Positions 20,002-31,667 of a stretch of DNA of 64,000 bases are shown piece by piece (within the stretch, counting starts at the first letter, position 1; each line of letters opens with the position of its first letter). A program made the position numbers and the translations under genes. The stretch covers positions 43,700 through 107,699 of the forward strand of contig CBDHEC010000024.1 of the NCBI GenBank assembly GCA_965261975.1, written 5' to 3'. The notes under the pieces were generated by a model. The model saw only the letters and a list, made by a program, of their open reading frames with translations. It did no database searches and had not been told where the DNA came from. This stretch comes from Alphaproteobacteria bacterium. Its GTDB lineage: Bacteria; Pseudomonadota; Alphaproteobacteria; UBA6615.

Positions 20002-21333
20002 CTAACGCAACGTCTCCACGAAACGCACCGGTTCACCGACAGGTCCGTCGGCGAGCTCGCCGTCTCGCATGACCACATTGCCGCGGATGATCGTGCCCAC
20101 CGGCCAGCCGGTGATGTTCATGCCCTCATAGGGGGACCAGCCGCACTTGTAGGCGAGCCAATCGGCGGTGATCTCGCGCTTGGCCTTCAGGTCGACCAGG
20201 GTGAAGTCCGCGTCATAGCCCCAGGCGATGCGGCCCTTGCCGGCGATGTTGAAGATGCGTTGCGGGCCCGAGCACAGGAGATCGACCAGCCGCGCGAGGC
20301 TGAGGCGCCCGTTGGCTACATGGTCGAGCATGACGGCGACCGTCGTCTGGGCGCCGGGCATGCCCGAGGGGCTGGCCGGATAGGGCTGCGCCTTCTCTTC
20401 TTTGGTGTGGGGCGCGTGATCCGAACCGATCACGTCGAACACGCCTTGTTCAATGCCGCGCCACAGCCCGGCCCGGTGGGCCTCGCCGCGGATCGGCGGG
20501 TTCATCTGGGCATAGCTGCCGAGGCGCTCATAACAATCGGGTGCCGCGAATGTCAGATGCTGGGGCGTCACCTCGCAGGTCGCCACGTCCTTGTACCGGG
20601 CCAGGATCTCGACCTCCTCGGCCGTCGTGATGTGCAGCACATGCACGCGCCGCCCGGTCTCGCGCGCAATCTTCAGGAGACGCTTGGTCGAGCGGATCGC
20701 GGTTTCCTCGTCGCGCCATACGGGGTGGGACGACGGGTCGCCCTCCACGCGCTCGTCTTTTCGTTCGTTCAGCCGGTACTCGTCTTCCGAATGGACCGAC
20801 ATGCGCCGGGTGCCGTTGGAAAGTGCCCGGCGGACCGTCTCGTCGTCGGGCACCAGAAGATTTCCGGTGGAGCTGCCCATGAACATCTTCACGCCGCAGC
20901 AGCCGGGCACCCGCTCGAGCGCGGCCAGATCGTCCGCATTCTCGGCGGACGCCCCCATGAAGAAGGCGTGATCGGTCCAGGACCGGCCGGCGGCGCGGGA
21001 AATCTTGTCGGCCAGCGCCTCGGCGCTCGTCGTCAGCGGATCTGTGTTCGGCATCTCGAAGACGGCCGTGATTCCGCCGAGCGCCGCGGAGCGGGTGCCG
21101 GATTCGAGGTCTTCCTTCTGCTCGTTGCCGGGCTCGCGGAAATGCACCTGGCTGTCGATCATGCCCGGCAGGACCGTCAGCCCCGCCGCGTCGATGACCG
21201 TGCCGGCATCGGCACCGCTCATGTCGCCGACATGGGCAATCTTGCCGTCGCGCACCGCGACATCGGTTTGGGCCAGCCCGCCGGTGGCCCAGACGTCGCC
21301 ACCCCTGATGATCAGATCGTAAGTTTCAGTCAT
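20002..21333 (-). CDS. pyrC: Dihydroorotase (type I-like cyclic amidohydrolase)
   Basis: PGMIDSQVHFREPG, FEMPNT, GVKMFMGSSTG, HVLHIT, EVTPQHL, QMNPPIR, GSDHAPH. Confidence 0.85.
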   Translation of the reverse strand: MTETYDLIIRGGDVWATGGLAQTDVAVRDGKIAHVGDMSGADAGTVIDAAGLTVLPGMIDSQVHFREPGNEQKEDLESGTRSAALGGITAVFEMPNTDPLTTSAEALADKISRAAGRSWTDHAFFMGASAENADDLAALERVPGCCGVKMFMGSSTGNLLVPDDETVRRALSNGTRRMSVHSEDEYRLNERKDERVEGDPSSHPVWRDEETAIRSTKRLLKIARETGRRVHVLHITTAEEVEILARYKDVATCEVTPQHLTFAAPDCYERLGSYAQMNPPIRGEAHRAGLWRGIEQGVFDVIGSDHAPHTKEEKAQPYPASPSGMPGAQTTVAVMLDHVANGRLSLARLVDLLCSGPQRIFNIAGKGRIAWGYDADFTLVDLKAKREITADWLAYKCGWSPYEGMNITGWPVGTIIRGNVVMRDGELADGPVGEPVRFVETLR

Positions 21334-21392
21334 CCGATATTCGTATCATTTTGTGGTCTCGGGTGAACAGGTGAGGTCATCCACAGGCGCGG

Positions 21393-22196
21393 TCACCCGT
21401 CTGCCTCATCCGTCAGCGCGACGGCGAAATCGGCCATCACCTGCAACACGCCCTCGGTCGCATCACGGTGCGGCGTGTGACCGCAGTCGGGCACCATCAC
21501 GGCGTCGACCGGGCCCGCAGATTGTCGTCCGATGGCCGCGGGTTGGGCTTCGGTCCCGTATTCGTCGTCGACGCCCTGGATGACAAGGGTCGGACAGCCG
21601 ATCGCCGGCAGATACTCCTCGATGTTCCAGTCGCGAAAGGCCGGGCTGAGCCAGATGTCGTTCCAGCCCCAGAAGGTCTTGTCGCCGTCGGTGTGGCGGC
21701 GCGCGATGCGCGCCGGGAGATCGGTGGTCTCGTAGGCCGTCTTCGCATCCTCGATGCCGGCGATGCTCGCATCCTCGACGAAGAAATGCGGCGCCTCGAG
21801 GATCAGGCCGCGCACGGGCCATTGCCCGGCCCCGGCGTGGATCGCCGCAATCGAACCGCCGTCGCTGTGACCCACCAGGATCACATCATCGAGATCGAGG
21901 GCGTCGCGGATCACCGGCAACGCCTCCAGGGCCTCGTGATGCATGTAGTCCACGCCGCGCGGCGCCTCCAGCACATCCGAGCCGCCATAGCCGTAGCGGG
22001 AATAGACCAGCGCGGGCAGGCCGGTTGCCGCCGTGACCAAGGCCGGGAAATCCCGCCACAGACCGGCCGATCCCAGCCCTTCATGGAGGAAGATCAGCGC
22101 CGGGCTCTCGCCGTCATGTTCGGCCGTCCAGTAATATTCGAGGCAGCGTCCCGCTGCGGTCAGGTGCTGCATGTCCGGGATGGCGGCAATCGACAT
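21393..22196 (-). CDS. Alpha/beta hydrolase, divergent from boxC
   Basis: FLHEGLGS, nucleophile elbow GHSDG, QGVDDEYG, CGHTPH. Start set at ATG 22196. Confidence 0.88.
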   Translation of the reverse strand: MSIAAIPDMQHLTAAGRCLEYYWTAEHDGESPALIFLHEGLGSAGLWRDFPALVTAATGLPALVYSRYGYGGSDVLEAPRGVDYMHHEALEALPVIRDALDLDDVILVGHSDGGSIAAIHAGAGQWPVRGLILEAPHFFVEDASIAGIEDAKTAYETTDLPARIARRHTDGDKTFWGWNDIWLSPAFRDWNIEEYLPAIGCPTLVIQGVDDEYGTEAQPAAIGRQSAGPVDAVMVPDCGHTPHRDATEGVLQVMADFAVALTDEADG

Positions 22197-22309
22197 CGCC
22201 AAGTTCCTTTCGGGTCTCGCCAATTCGTTGGATATACCGACTATTGGGTTCACAAAGTGATGGGCTTGGATTACTGTTCTAGCGGCAAACAGGAGGGGAA
22301 AGCGATCCC

Positions 22310-23965
22310 ATGATCGCCTTTGAAACACACCCGGAACGCTACCGGCACTGGCAGCTTTCGATCGACGGGCGGGTTGCGACCCTCACCCTCGCCGTGGACG
22401 AGGCCGGCGGGCTGGCGCCGGGCTATGAGCTCAAGCTCAACTCCTATGATCTGGGTGTCGATATCGAGTTGTATGATGCCATTCAACGCTTGCGTTTCGA
22501 ACACCCGGAAGTGGCCGCGGTGGTGGTCACCTCGGCCATGGACCGGGTGTTCTGCGCCGGGGCCAACATCCCCATGCTCAAGGCCTCCAGCCACGACCAT
22601 AAGGTGAATTTCTGCAAGTTCACCAACGAGACCCGCAACGCCATCGAGGATGCGAGCGAAAACTCCGGCCAGGCCTATATCTGCATGGTCAACGGCACGG
22701 CCGCGGGCGGCGGCTATGAACTCGCGTTGGCCTGCGACGAAATTTTGCTGGTCGACGACGGGTCGAGCGCGGTCTCCCTGCCGGAGGTGCCCCTGCTGGC
22801 GGTGCTGCCGGGCACCGGCGGGCTGACCCGGGTGGTGGACAAGCGCCATGTGCGCCGCGACCGGGCGGATTTCTTCTGTACCACCGGCGAGGGCCTGCGT
22901 GGCAAGCGCGCGCTCGAATGGAAGCTCGTCGACGCACTGGTGCCCCGCTCGAAACTCGAAGAAACACTCGCCGCGCGAACTGCCGAACGTACAGATACCT
23001 CGGACCGCCCGGCGGACGGCGCGGGCGTGGAACTTACCGCGCTCACGCGAGATATTTCCGATGCCGAGCTCACCTACCCCAACCTCACGGTCGCGCTGGA
23101 CCGGGAGACACGCACCGCGACCTTCACGGTGCGCGCGCCCGAAAACGCCCCGCCCGAAGACATCGACGGCATTCACGCGGCGGGCGTGGGGTTCTGGCCC
23201 CTGGCGATCGCCCGCGAGCTCGATGACGCGATCCTGCATCTGCGGTTCAACGAGACCGAAATCGGCACCTGGGTGTTCCGCACCGAGGGCGACGGCGAAC
23301 TTGTCGCGGCCCATGACGCCGCGCTGCTGGAACACGCCGACGACTGGCTGATCCGCGAGATCACGCTTTATCTGCGACGCACCCTCAAGCGCATCGACGT
23401 GTCCGCCCGCTCCCTGCTGGCGCTGATCGAGCCCGGCTCATGTTTCACCGGCACGTTGCTGGAGCTCGCGCTCGCCGCCGACCGGTCCTACATGCTCGAC
23501 GGTGCGTTCGAGGAAGACGGCTCGAACCTGCCGCCCGCAACCATCGCGCTGACCGGCATGAACACCGGTCCGCTGAAGATGTGCACGGGCCTCACCCGGC
23601 TGCAAACACGTTTCTACGGCGACGACGACGCCCTGGCCGCCGTCGAGGCCGAAATCGGCACCGCGCTGGAGGCGGTCGACGCCGAGGCGCTCGGCCTGGT
23701 CACCTTCGCGCCCGACGACATCGACTGGGAGGACGAGGTTCGCCTGGCCATCGAGGCCCGCGCCGCCTTCTCGCCCGACGCGCTGACGGGCATGGAAGCA
23801 AGCCTGCGCTTCCCCGGGCCCGAGACCATCGAGAGCAAGATTTTCGCGCGCCTGAGCGCGTGGCAGAACTGGATATTCCAACGTCCCAACGCCGTGGGTG
23901 ACAGCGGCGCGCTGGAGCTCTTCGGCACCGGCAAACAACCCGAATATGACCGCAGGCGGGTGTGA
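22310..23965 (+). CDS. boxC: 2,3-epoxybenzoyl-CoA dihydrolase
   Basis: Double crotonase fold; GYELKLNSYDLGVDIEL, HKVNFCKFTNETRN, LPEVPLLAVLPGTGG, AWQNWIFQRPNAVG. Confidence 0.96.
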   Translation: MIAFETHPERYRHWQLSIDGRVATLTLAVDEAGGLAPGYELKLNSYDLGVDIELYDAIQRLRFEHPEVAAVVVTSAMDRVFCAGANIPMLKASSHDHKVNFCKFTNETRNAIEDASENSGQAYICMVNGTAAGGGYELALACDEILLVDDGSSAVSLPEVPLLAVLPGTGGLTRVVDKRHVRRDRADFFCTTGEGLRGKRALEWKLVDALVPRSKLEETLAARTAERTDTSDRPADGAGVELTALTRDISDAELTYPNLTVALDRETRTATFTVRAPENAPPEDIDGIHAAGVGFWPLAIARELDDAILHLRFNETEIGTWVFRTEGDGELVAAHDAALLEHADDWLIREITLYLRRTLKRIDVSARSLLALIEPGSCFTGTLLELALAADRSYMLDGAFEEDGSNLPPATIALTGMNTGPLKMCTGLTRLQTRFYGDDDALAAVEAEIGTALEAVDAEALGLVTFAPDDIDWEDEVRLAIEARAAFSPDALTGMEASLRFPGPETIESKIFARLSAWQNWIFQRPNAVGDSGALELFGTGKQPEYDRRRV

Positions 23966-23969
23966 GACC

Positions 23970-25388
23970 ATGAAAGCCAACTACAACGAAATGATCCCCA
24001 ACAACGTCAACCTCGGCGACGACCGCCGTCTGTTGCGCGCGCTGGAACGCTGGCACCCGGCCTATATCCAGTGGTGGAAGGACATGGGGCCGGTCGAATC
24101 CACCGACTTCGATGTCTATCTGCGCACCGCCATCAGCGTCGACACCGACGGCTGGGCCATTTTCGATCATGTGAAGATGCCCGACTATCGCTGGGGCATC
24201 TTCCTCGCCGAACCCGGCCCCGAGCGGAAGATCGCCTTCGGCGCCCACAAGGACGAACCGGTCTGGACCGAAGTGCCGGGCGAGTACCGCACCGAGCTGC
24301 GCCGCCTGATCGTTACCCAGGGGGACACCGAGCCCGCCTCGGTGGAGCAGCAACGCCAGCTGGGCCGGACCGCGCCGTCGCTGTATGACCTGCGCAATCT
24401 CTATCAGGTGAACGTCGAGGAAGGCCGCCATCTGTGGGCCATGGTCTATCTGCTGCATGCCTATTTCGGGCGCGACGGACGCGAGGAGGCCGACGAGATG
24501 CTCGAGCGCCACGCGGGCGACCCGGACCGGCCGCGGATCCTCCAGGCCTTCAACGAGCAGACCGACGACTGGCTGTCGTTCTTCATGTTTACCTATTTCC
24601 AGGACCGGGACGGCAAGTTCCAGCTGGCCGCGCTCGCCGAGTCCGGCTTCGACCCGCTGTCGCGGACCTGCCGCTTCATGCTGACGGAAGAGGCCCACCA
24701 CATGTTCGTGGGCGAGACCGGCGTGATGCGTGTCCTGCAGCGGACCTGCGAGCTGATGCGCGAGCATGACACAGAGGATGTGCGCCCCTTCGGCGGCATC
24801 AACCTCGACACCATCCAGAAATGGATCAACTTCCACTATTCGATCTGCCTGGATCTGTTCGGCTCGGAACGCTCGACCAATGCCGCGAACTACTTCTCCA
24901 TGGGCCTCAAGGGGCGCTACCAGGAGACGAAACTCGACGACGACCACAAGCTCGACGGCGAACAGATGGAAATCGCGAAGGTGACCGAGGACGGCGACAT
25001 CGACAGCGAGACCATCTCGGCGCTGACGGCGATGAACCTGAAGCTGCGCCAGGACTACACCACCGACAGCCAGCGCGGGCTCAACCGCTTCAACAAGATG
25101 ATCGCCGCCCATGACGTCGACGTCAAACTCACCCTGCCCGATGAGAAGTTCAACCGCTCGATCGGCATCTATTCGGCCATCGAGGCGACCCCGGAGGGCG
25201 AGCTCATCTCGGCCGAGGAATGGTCCAATCGCAAGGCGGCATGGCTGCCGACGGACGAAGACAAGGCCTATGTGAATTCGTTGATGGTGCCCGTCACCGA
25301 GCCGGGCAAGATGGCCAGCTGGATCGCGCCGCCCAAGCGCGGCATCCACGGCCGGCCCATCGACTTTGAGTATGTGCTGTTTCACTGA
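23970..25388 (+). CDS. boxB: Benzoyl-CoA 2,3-epoxidase di-iron subunit
   Basis: IPNNVNL, VYLRTAISV, QGDTEPASVEQQ, NVEEGRHLWAM, DRDGKFQL, LTEEAHH di-iron motifs. ATG at 23970. Confidence 0.96.
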   Translation: MKANYNEMIPNNVNLGDDRRLLRALERWHPAYIQWWKDMGPVESTDFDVYLRTAISVDTDGWAIFDHVKMPDYRWGIFLAEPGPERKIAFGAHKDEPVWTEVPGEYRTELRRLIVTQGDTEPASVEQQRQLGRTAPSLYDLRNLYQVNVEEGRHLWAMVYLLHAYFGRDGREEADEMLERHAGDPDRPRILQAFNEQTDDWLSFFMFTYFQDRDGKFQLAALAESGFDPLSRTCRFMLTEEAHHMFVGETGVMRVLQRTCELMREHDTEDVRPFGGINLDTIQKWINFHYSICLDLFGSERSTNAANYFSMGLKGRYQETKLDDDHKLDGEQMEIAKVTEDGDIDSETISALTAMNLKLRQDYTTDSQRGLNRFNKMIAAHDVDVKLTLPDEKFNRSIGIYSAIEATPEGELISAEEWSNRKAAWLPTDEDKAYVNSLMVPVTEPGKMASWIAPPKRGIHGRPIDFEYVLFH

Positions 25389-25399
25389 GCGGTGATGCC

Positions 25400-26967
25400 A
25401 TGACCAACAACACCGTCACCGTCGACATGTCGACCAGCCCCGCGACCCTCACCTATGCGGACCGGTTCAACGTGGCCGTGCCTTTCATCGACCGGCATCT
25501 GGCCGAGGGCCGGGGCGAGAAGGTGGCGATCCGGAACGACGACGGCGACACGACCTACGCCGCACTGGCCGAGGCGGTAAACCGGGCGGGCAATGCGCTG
25601 GCCGACCTGGGCCTCGCGCAAGGCGACCGGGTGATCCTGGCCATCAAGGACAGTCCCGCCTTCTTCTTCGCCTTCTGGGGCGCGATCAAGGCGGGCTTCG
25701 TGCCCGTGCCCGTGAACACGCTGCTGCGCGCGGGCGACCACCAGTTCATCATCGAGGATTCGGGTGCCGCCTGCGTGATCTGGTCGCCGGAATTCGCCGA
25801 GACCATGCAGCCGGCAATCGCCGCGGCGGCCCCGGCCCATAACTTCCCGACCGAGGGCGCCGACGACAGCCTCGCCGCGCGCATGGCCGCGGCCTCATCC
25901 GAACTTGAGGCCGCCCCCGCCACAGCCGATGCCGACTGCTTCTGGCTCTACACGTCCGGTTCCACCGGCACGCCCAAGGGCGCTGTCCATGCCCACCGGG
26001 ACATGGTGGTGACCAGCCAGTATTACGGGGTCGAGACCCTGGGCATCACGGCCGACGACATTCATTTCTCCGCCGCCAAGCTGTTCTTCGCTTACGGGCT
26101 CGGCAATGCCATGACCATGCCGCTGTGGACCGGCGGCCAGGCGGTGCTGTTCGCCGGGCGGCCGACGCCGGACATCATGGCCGACCATATCGAACGCTAC
26201 CGCCCGACGCTCTATTACGCGGTGCCCACCCTGTTCGCCGCCCAGCTCCACGCACTCGAGGCGGGCGACGCGGACTTCTCGAGCCTGCGGGCGTGTGTCT
26301 CGGCGGGCGAGCCCCTGCCCGCCACGTTGTTCGAACGCTGGCGCGACCAGACCGGCCTCACCATCCTCGACGGGATCGGCACGACGGAGATCCTGCACAT
26401 CTTCATCGGCAACGGCCCCGACGATGCCAAGGCGGGGACCAGCGGCAAACTGGTGCCCGGCTACGAGGCGCGGATCGTCGACGACGCGGACCAACCCGTC
26501 GCCACGGGCGAGATCGGCAACCTGCTGATCCGGGGCGATTCCGTGACCTCGCGCTACTGGAACCAGCCCGAGCGCACGGCCGCGGCCATCACCGACGGCT
26601 GGATCCGCACCGGCGATTCCTACTCGCTCGACGACGACGGCTACTTCACCTGCCAGGGGCGCAGCGACGACATGCTCAAGGTGGGCGGCATCTGGGTCTC
26701 GCCGGTGGAGATCGAGGCGCGGCTGGTCGCCCATGACGCGGTGCTGGAAGCCGCGGTCATCGGCCGGCCCGACGACGAGGAACTGATCAAGCCCGAGGCG
26801 TTTGTGATTTTGAAGGATGCCGGCGACGCGTCGGACACGCTCGCGGAAGACCTCAAGACCTTCTGCCAGGAAGAGCTCGCTCGCTACAAGTACCCGCGCT
26901 GGGTGCATTTCGTGGACGAGCTGCCGAAGACCGCGACGGGGAAAATCCAGCGGTTCAAGCTAAGGGG

Positions 26968-26971
<4 letters not shown>
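25400..26971 (+). CDS. Benzoate-CoA ligase family acyl-CoA synthetase
   Basis: FWLYTSGSTGTPKG, SAAKLFFAYGLGN, SAGEPLP, DGIGTTEILHIF, LPKTATGKIQRF. Confidence 0.93.
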
Positions 26972-27668
<697 letters not shown>

Positions 27669-27669
<1 letters not shown>

Positions 27670-28445
27670 CAGCCCGCCTCCTCGCTTGCGTCATCGCCGA
27701 GATAGGCCGCGCGCACCGACGCGTCGTTGCGAATTTCTTCCGGCGTGCCCGTGGCGATCGCCTTGCCATACACCAGCACGGTGATCCGGTCGGCGAGCGC
27801 AAACACCGCATCCATATCGTGCTCGACCAAGAGCATCGTGTAGTCGCCCTTCAGCGCCTTGAGGAAGTCGATCATCCCCTGGCTCTCCTCGGGCCCCATT
27901 CCCGCCATGGGTTCGTCGAGGAGCAGGAAGGTCGGGTTGGTCGCCAGCGAGATCGCGATCTCGAGCTGGCGTTGCTCACCATGGGCGAGGTTGCCGGCGG
28001 TCACGTCCATCCGGTCAGCCAGGCCGACACGCTCGAGGAGGTCCCGCGCGGGCCCGCGCAGGCTCTCGTCGCGCGCGGCGGGCCGCCAGAAGCGGAAGCT
28101 ATGCCCCTGCCCGGCCTGGACGGAAAGCATGACATTCTCCAGCACCGTGAAGTCGCGGAAGATGCTGGTGATCTGAAACGACCGGGCCAGGCCCTGGTTT
28201 ACCCGGGCGGGGGCCGACAGGCGGGTGATATCGCGGCCCTCGAACAGGATTTCGCCCCCGTCGGGCTTCATGATGCCCGAGAGGAGATTGACGAACGTCG
28301 TCTTGCCGGCGCCGTTGGGACCGATGACCGCATGGATCTCGCCGCGGGTGGCCTCCAGCGACAGGTTGTCGGTCGCGACCAGGCCGCCGAAGCTCTTCTG
28401 CAGGCCGCGGGCCTCCAGGCTTATGCTCGCGCGCGCATCATTCAT
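27669..28445 (-). CDS. ABC transporter ATP-binding protein (LivG-like)
   Basis: GPNGAGKTT, LAHGEQR, LLLDEPMAG, VEHDM. Confidence 0.93.
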
Positions 28446-29394
28446 CGCGGGATGACCTCGGCGTCAGCAGCCCGTGGATGCCGCCGCGCGCGAACAGCAC
28501 GACCAGCACCAGGAACGGCCCGAAGATGATGTGCCAGTGGATCGTCCAGGTGGACAGGATCTCCGACAGCATGAGGAAGACGAAGGCCCCCGTGACCGGG
28601 CCGAACAGGGTCGACATGCCGCCCAGCACCACCATGAAGATGAGCTCGCCCGAGCGCGGCCAGTTCATCATGTCGGGCGAGACGAAACGCTCGAAATTGG
28701 CCTGCAGCAGCCCGGCAATGCCGCACATCACCCCGGCGATGACGAAGGCGGTGAGGCGGTATCGGTAGGTCGAGACACCGACCGCCTGGACGCGCGTGTC
28801 GTTGGATTTCGCCGCCCGCATGACCACGCCGAAGCGGGAATGGATAATCTTCCAGCTGATGAACACGCTCGCCACCAGGAACGCGAAGATCGTGTAGTAC
28901 ATGGTCAGCTTGTCGTTCAGATCGAAGAAGCCGAGCCCGAAGTCGCTGCGCGAGAGAATGTTCAGCCCGTCGTCGCTGCCGTAGCGCTCCGCGCTGACGC
29001 TCAGGAAGAAGATCATCTGGGCGAGCGCAAGCGTAATCATGATGAAATAGACACCGCGGGTCCGCAGGCTGATCGCGCCGAAGATGAGCGAGATCATGGC
29101 GCAAAGCCCGATGGCCACCGGCCACTGGATCCACGCACTGGTGATGCCATGGAAGGCGAGGATGCCGATCGTGTAGCCGCCGATCCCCAGATAGACCGCA
29201 TGACCGAAGCTGATCATGCCGCCATAGCCCATGATCAGGTTGAGGCTGACCGCCGCAATCGCCCAGATCATGATCCGCGCGAAGACGATGACATAGAAGG
29301 GCTCGCCCAGCGCGGGTGCGAGGAAGGGCACGACCGCGAACAGGGCGATCACGATGACGGTCAGGATGTTCGCCGGGTTTTTCAGGTTCTCCAT
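28438..29394 (-). CDS. ABC transporter permease (LivM-like)
   Basis: GYGGMISFGHA, RTRGVYFIMITLA, MVVLGGMS. Confidence 0.92.
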   Translation of the reverse strand: MENLKNPANILTVIVIALFAVVPFLAPALGEPFYVIVFARIMIWAIAAVSLNLIMGYGGMISFGHAVYLGIGGYTIGILAFHGITSAWIQWPVAIGLCAMISLIFGAISLRTRGVYFIMITLALAQMIFFLSVSAERYGSDDGLNILSRSDFGLGFFDLNDKLTMYYTIFAFLVASVFISWKIIHSRFGVVMRAAKSNDTRVQAVGVSTYRYRLTAFVIAGVMCGIAGLLQANFERFVSPDMMNWPRSGELIFMVVLGGMSTLFGPVTGAFVFLMLSEILSTWTIHWHIIFGPFLVLVVLFARGGIHGLLTPRSSRDE

Positions 29395-29399
29395 GGCCC

Positions 29400-30323
29400 C
29401 TACCCCGCGCCCTTGGGCGGGAAAAGGCCCTGGGGCCTGAAGAACAGGATCGCGGCCATCAGGATGTAGATCATCATCGATGACAGGGCCGGCCCGGCGG
29501 ATTCCGCCGCGTTTTCCGGCAGGAACAGCAGCAGGAACACGTCGAGGAATGACCGCCCCATCGTGTCGATCACGCCGGTGACGATGGAGGCGATGAAGGC
29601 GCCGCGGATCGAGCCGATGCCGCCGATCACGATCACCACGAAGGCAAGAATGAGTACATCCTCACCCATGCCGATCTGGGCCGCGGTGATGGGGGTGATG
29701 ATCAACCCGGCGAGGCCGGCCAGCACGGCGCCGATGCCGAAGACGATGGAGAACAGCAGCGGGATGTTGACGCCCAGCGCGCCCGCCATGGTGCGGTTCG
29801 ACGCACCCGCGCGGATCAGCATGCCGATCCGGGTGCGGGATACGAGGATATAGAGGCCCAGCGCGACCAGCAGGCCGATGACGATGATGACGATCCGGTA
29901 GACCGGATAGGTGATCGCGCCCAATGCGACCGAGCCATCGAGGAATGCCGGCAACGGCACGACGAGGCCCTCCGGGCCCCAGATCAGGCGGGTCGCCTCG
30001 TTGAAAAACAGAATGAGACCGAAGGTGGCCAGCACATGGTCGAGATGATCACGCGGATAGAGCGTCCGCAGGGTAGTCATCTCGACGACGATGCCGATGA
30101 TCAGCATGGCCGGGATCATCACGATCACGCCGATGATGAAGGAGCCGGTGAGCAGGGCGATGGAGCCACCGACGAAGGCGCCGATCATGAACATCGACCC
30201 GTGGGCCAGGTTCACCAGGTCCATGATCCCGAACACCAGGGTCAGCCCTGCCGCCATCAGGAACAGGATGATCCCGAGCTGAAACCCGTTCAGGAATTGT
30301 TCGGTGAGGAGGACGTAATCCAT
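29400..30323 (-). CDS. ABC transporter permease (LivH-like)
   Basis: AAGLTLVFGIMDLVNLAHG, FVVIVIGGIGS. Confidence 0.92.
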   Translation of the reverse strand: MDYVLLTEQFLNGFQLGIILFLMAAGLTLVFGIMDLVNLAHGSMFMIGAFVGGSIALLTGSFIIGVIVMIPAMLIIGIVVEMTTLRTLYPRDHLDHVLATFGLILFFNEATRLIWGPEGLVVPLPAFLDGSVALGAITYPVYRIVIIVIGLLVALGLYILVSRTRIGMLIRAGASNRTMAGALGVNIPLLFSIVFGIGAVLAGLAGLIITPITAAQIGMGEDVLILAFVVIVIGGIGSIRGAFIASIVTGVIDTMGRSFLDVFLLLFLPENAAESAGPALSSMMIYILMAAILFFRPQGLFPPKGAG

Positions 30324-30357
30324 CGCGCCCTAGCAGCTAACGGCAGCGGACATGCAA

Positions 30358-30381
30358 GCGGGGATGCCTACGCATCCCCGC
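30358..30381 (-). terminator. Intercistronic hairpin after the substrate-binding protein gene
   Basis: Perfect inverted repeat GCGGGGATGC-CTAC-GCATCCCCGC between the SBP and permease genes, the usual site of an mRNA-stabilising or attenuating stem-loop. Confidence 0.65.
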
Positions 30382-30406
30382 CCACAGGTTTCAGATAGCC
30401 GTGTGC

Positions 30407-31579
30407 CTACATCTTGCACTGGCTGGCATAGGGGTCCTGATGATCGGTCAGAACCGCACGGCCCACGGCGGTGGTCCAGTTGCCTTCGGCATCCTTGACC
30501 ACGGTTCGCTCGTAGAAGTTCTGGATGGGGAAGTGATTGTTGCCCATCTTGAAGTCACCGCGGATCGAATCGAAGTCTGCCTTCTTCAGCGCGGCGCGCA
30601 TCCCGTCGGTATTGCCGATATCGCCGCTCACGGCCTCGACCGCCGACTTGATGAACATGATCGAGTCGTAGCTCTGCGCGGCATAGAAGGACGGGTAACG
30701 CCCATACTTCTTGCGGAAGTCGCCAACGAACTTCTTGTTCGCCGCATTGTCCAGATCAGGTGCCCAGAACTGGGTCATCTTGGTGCCCAGCACGGTCTCC
30801 ATGCCGGCCTTCTGGAACAGCGGCAGGCTGATCGAATCCAGCGTGTAGACCGAGTAGAGCGGCACCTGGCCCTCGAGCCCCGCCTGCTGATACTGCTTGA
30901 TGAAGGCCGGTCCGGCCGGACCAGGATAGAAGGTGAAGACACCGTCCGGCTTGGCCGCCTTGACCTTGGACAGCTCGGCCGACCAGTCCCGCTGGGACGG
31001 CCAGACGGTCATGTCCTTGCCGACGACCTTGCCCTTGAAGGTGCGTTCGACGCCCGCGACCATGTTCTGGCCGGCGGCATAGTTCGGCGCGACCAGGTAG
31101 AGGGACTCGACCCCCTGCTGGTTGAGCAGTTCACCGAGCGCCATCGGGGTCTGGTCATTCTGCCAGGCGATGTTGAAGAAGTTCGCATTGCACTGCGCAC
31201 CGGCGAGCGGCGACGGCCCCGCATTGGCGCTGATCAGGATCTTGTCGGCGTTGAGCACGACGGGTGCAGAGGCAAGCAACACGTTCGACCAGATGTAACC
31301 GGCGACGATGTCGACATCGTCGCGCAACACCAGGCGCTCGGTCGCTTGTTTGCCTTTCTGCGAATTGAACTCATCGTCAGCGTAGACGATCTCGACATCC
31401 TCGCCGGCCATCTTGCCACCGATATGTTCCATCGCCAGTTCGACGGCATCGCGCATGTCCTTGCCGATGACCGCCACGGGCGTCGTCAGCGTGGTCACGA
31501 AACCGATCTTGATATCCGCAGCAGCCGGTGACGCCAGAAGCGTCAGGGCCGTGGCTGTTCCCAGTAATTTCTTGAGCAT
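30407..31579 (-). CDS. ABC transporter substrate-binding protein, probably for aromatic acids
   Basis: Signal peptide MLKKLLGTATALTLLASPAAA, IKIGFVTTLT, GYIWSNVL, ISANAGPS. Adjacent to benzoate-CoA ligase. Start set at 31579. Confidence 0.9.
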   Translation of the reverse strand: MLKKLLGTATALTLLASPAAADIKIGFVTTLTTPVAVIGKDMRDAVELAMEHIGGKMAGEDVEIVYADDEFNSQKGKQATERLVLRDDVDIVAGYIWSNVLLASAPVVLNADKILISANAGPSPLAGAQCNANFFNIAWQNDQTPMALGELLNQQGVESLYLVAPNYAAGQNMVAGVERTFKGKVVGKDMTVWPSQRDWSAELSKVKAAKPDGVFTFYPGPAGPAFIKQYQQAGLEGQVPLYSVYTLDSISLPLFQKAGMETVLGTKMTQFWAPDLDNAANKKFVGDFRKKYGRYPSFYAAQSYDSIMFIKSAVEAVSGDIGNTDGMRAALKKADFDSIRGDFKMGNNHFPIQNFYERTVVKDAEGNWTTAVGRAVLTDHQDPYASQCKM

Positions 31580-31667
31580 TTTCAACTCCTCCCTAGAGAT
31601 TTTCCCTATGAGACCATATCGCCCGACCGATGGAAAGCGCCGTGCGTGTCCGTCTTTCGGGGGAGTT

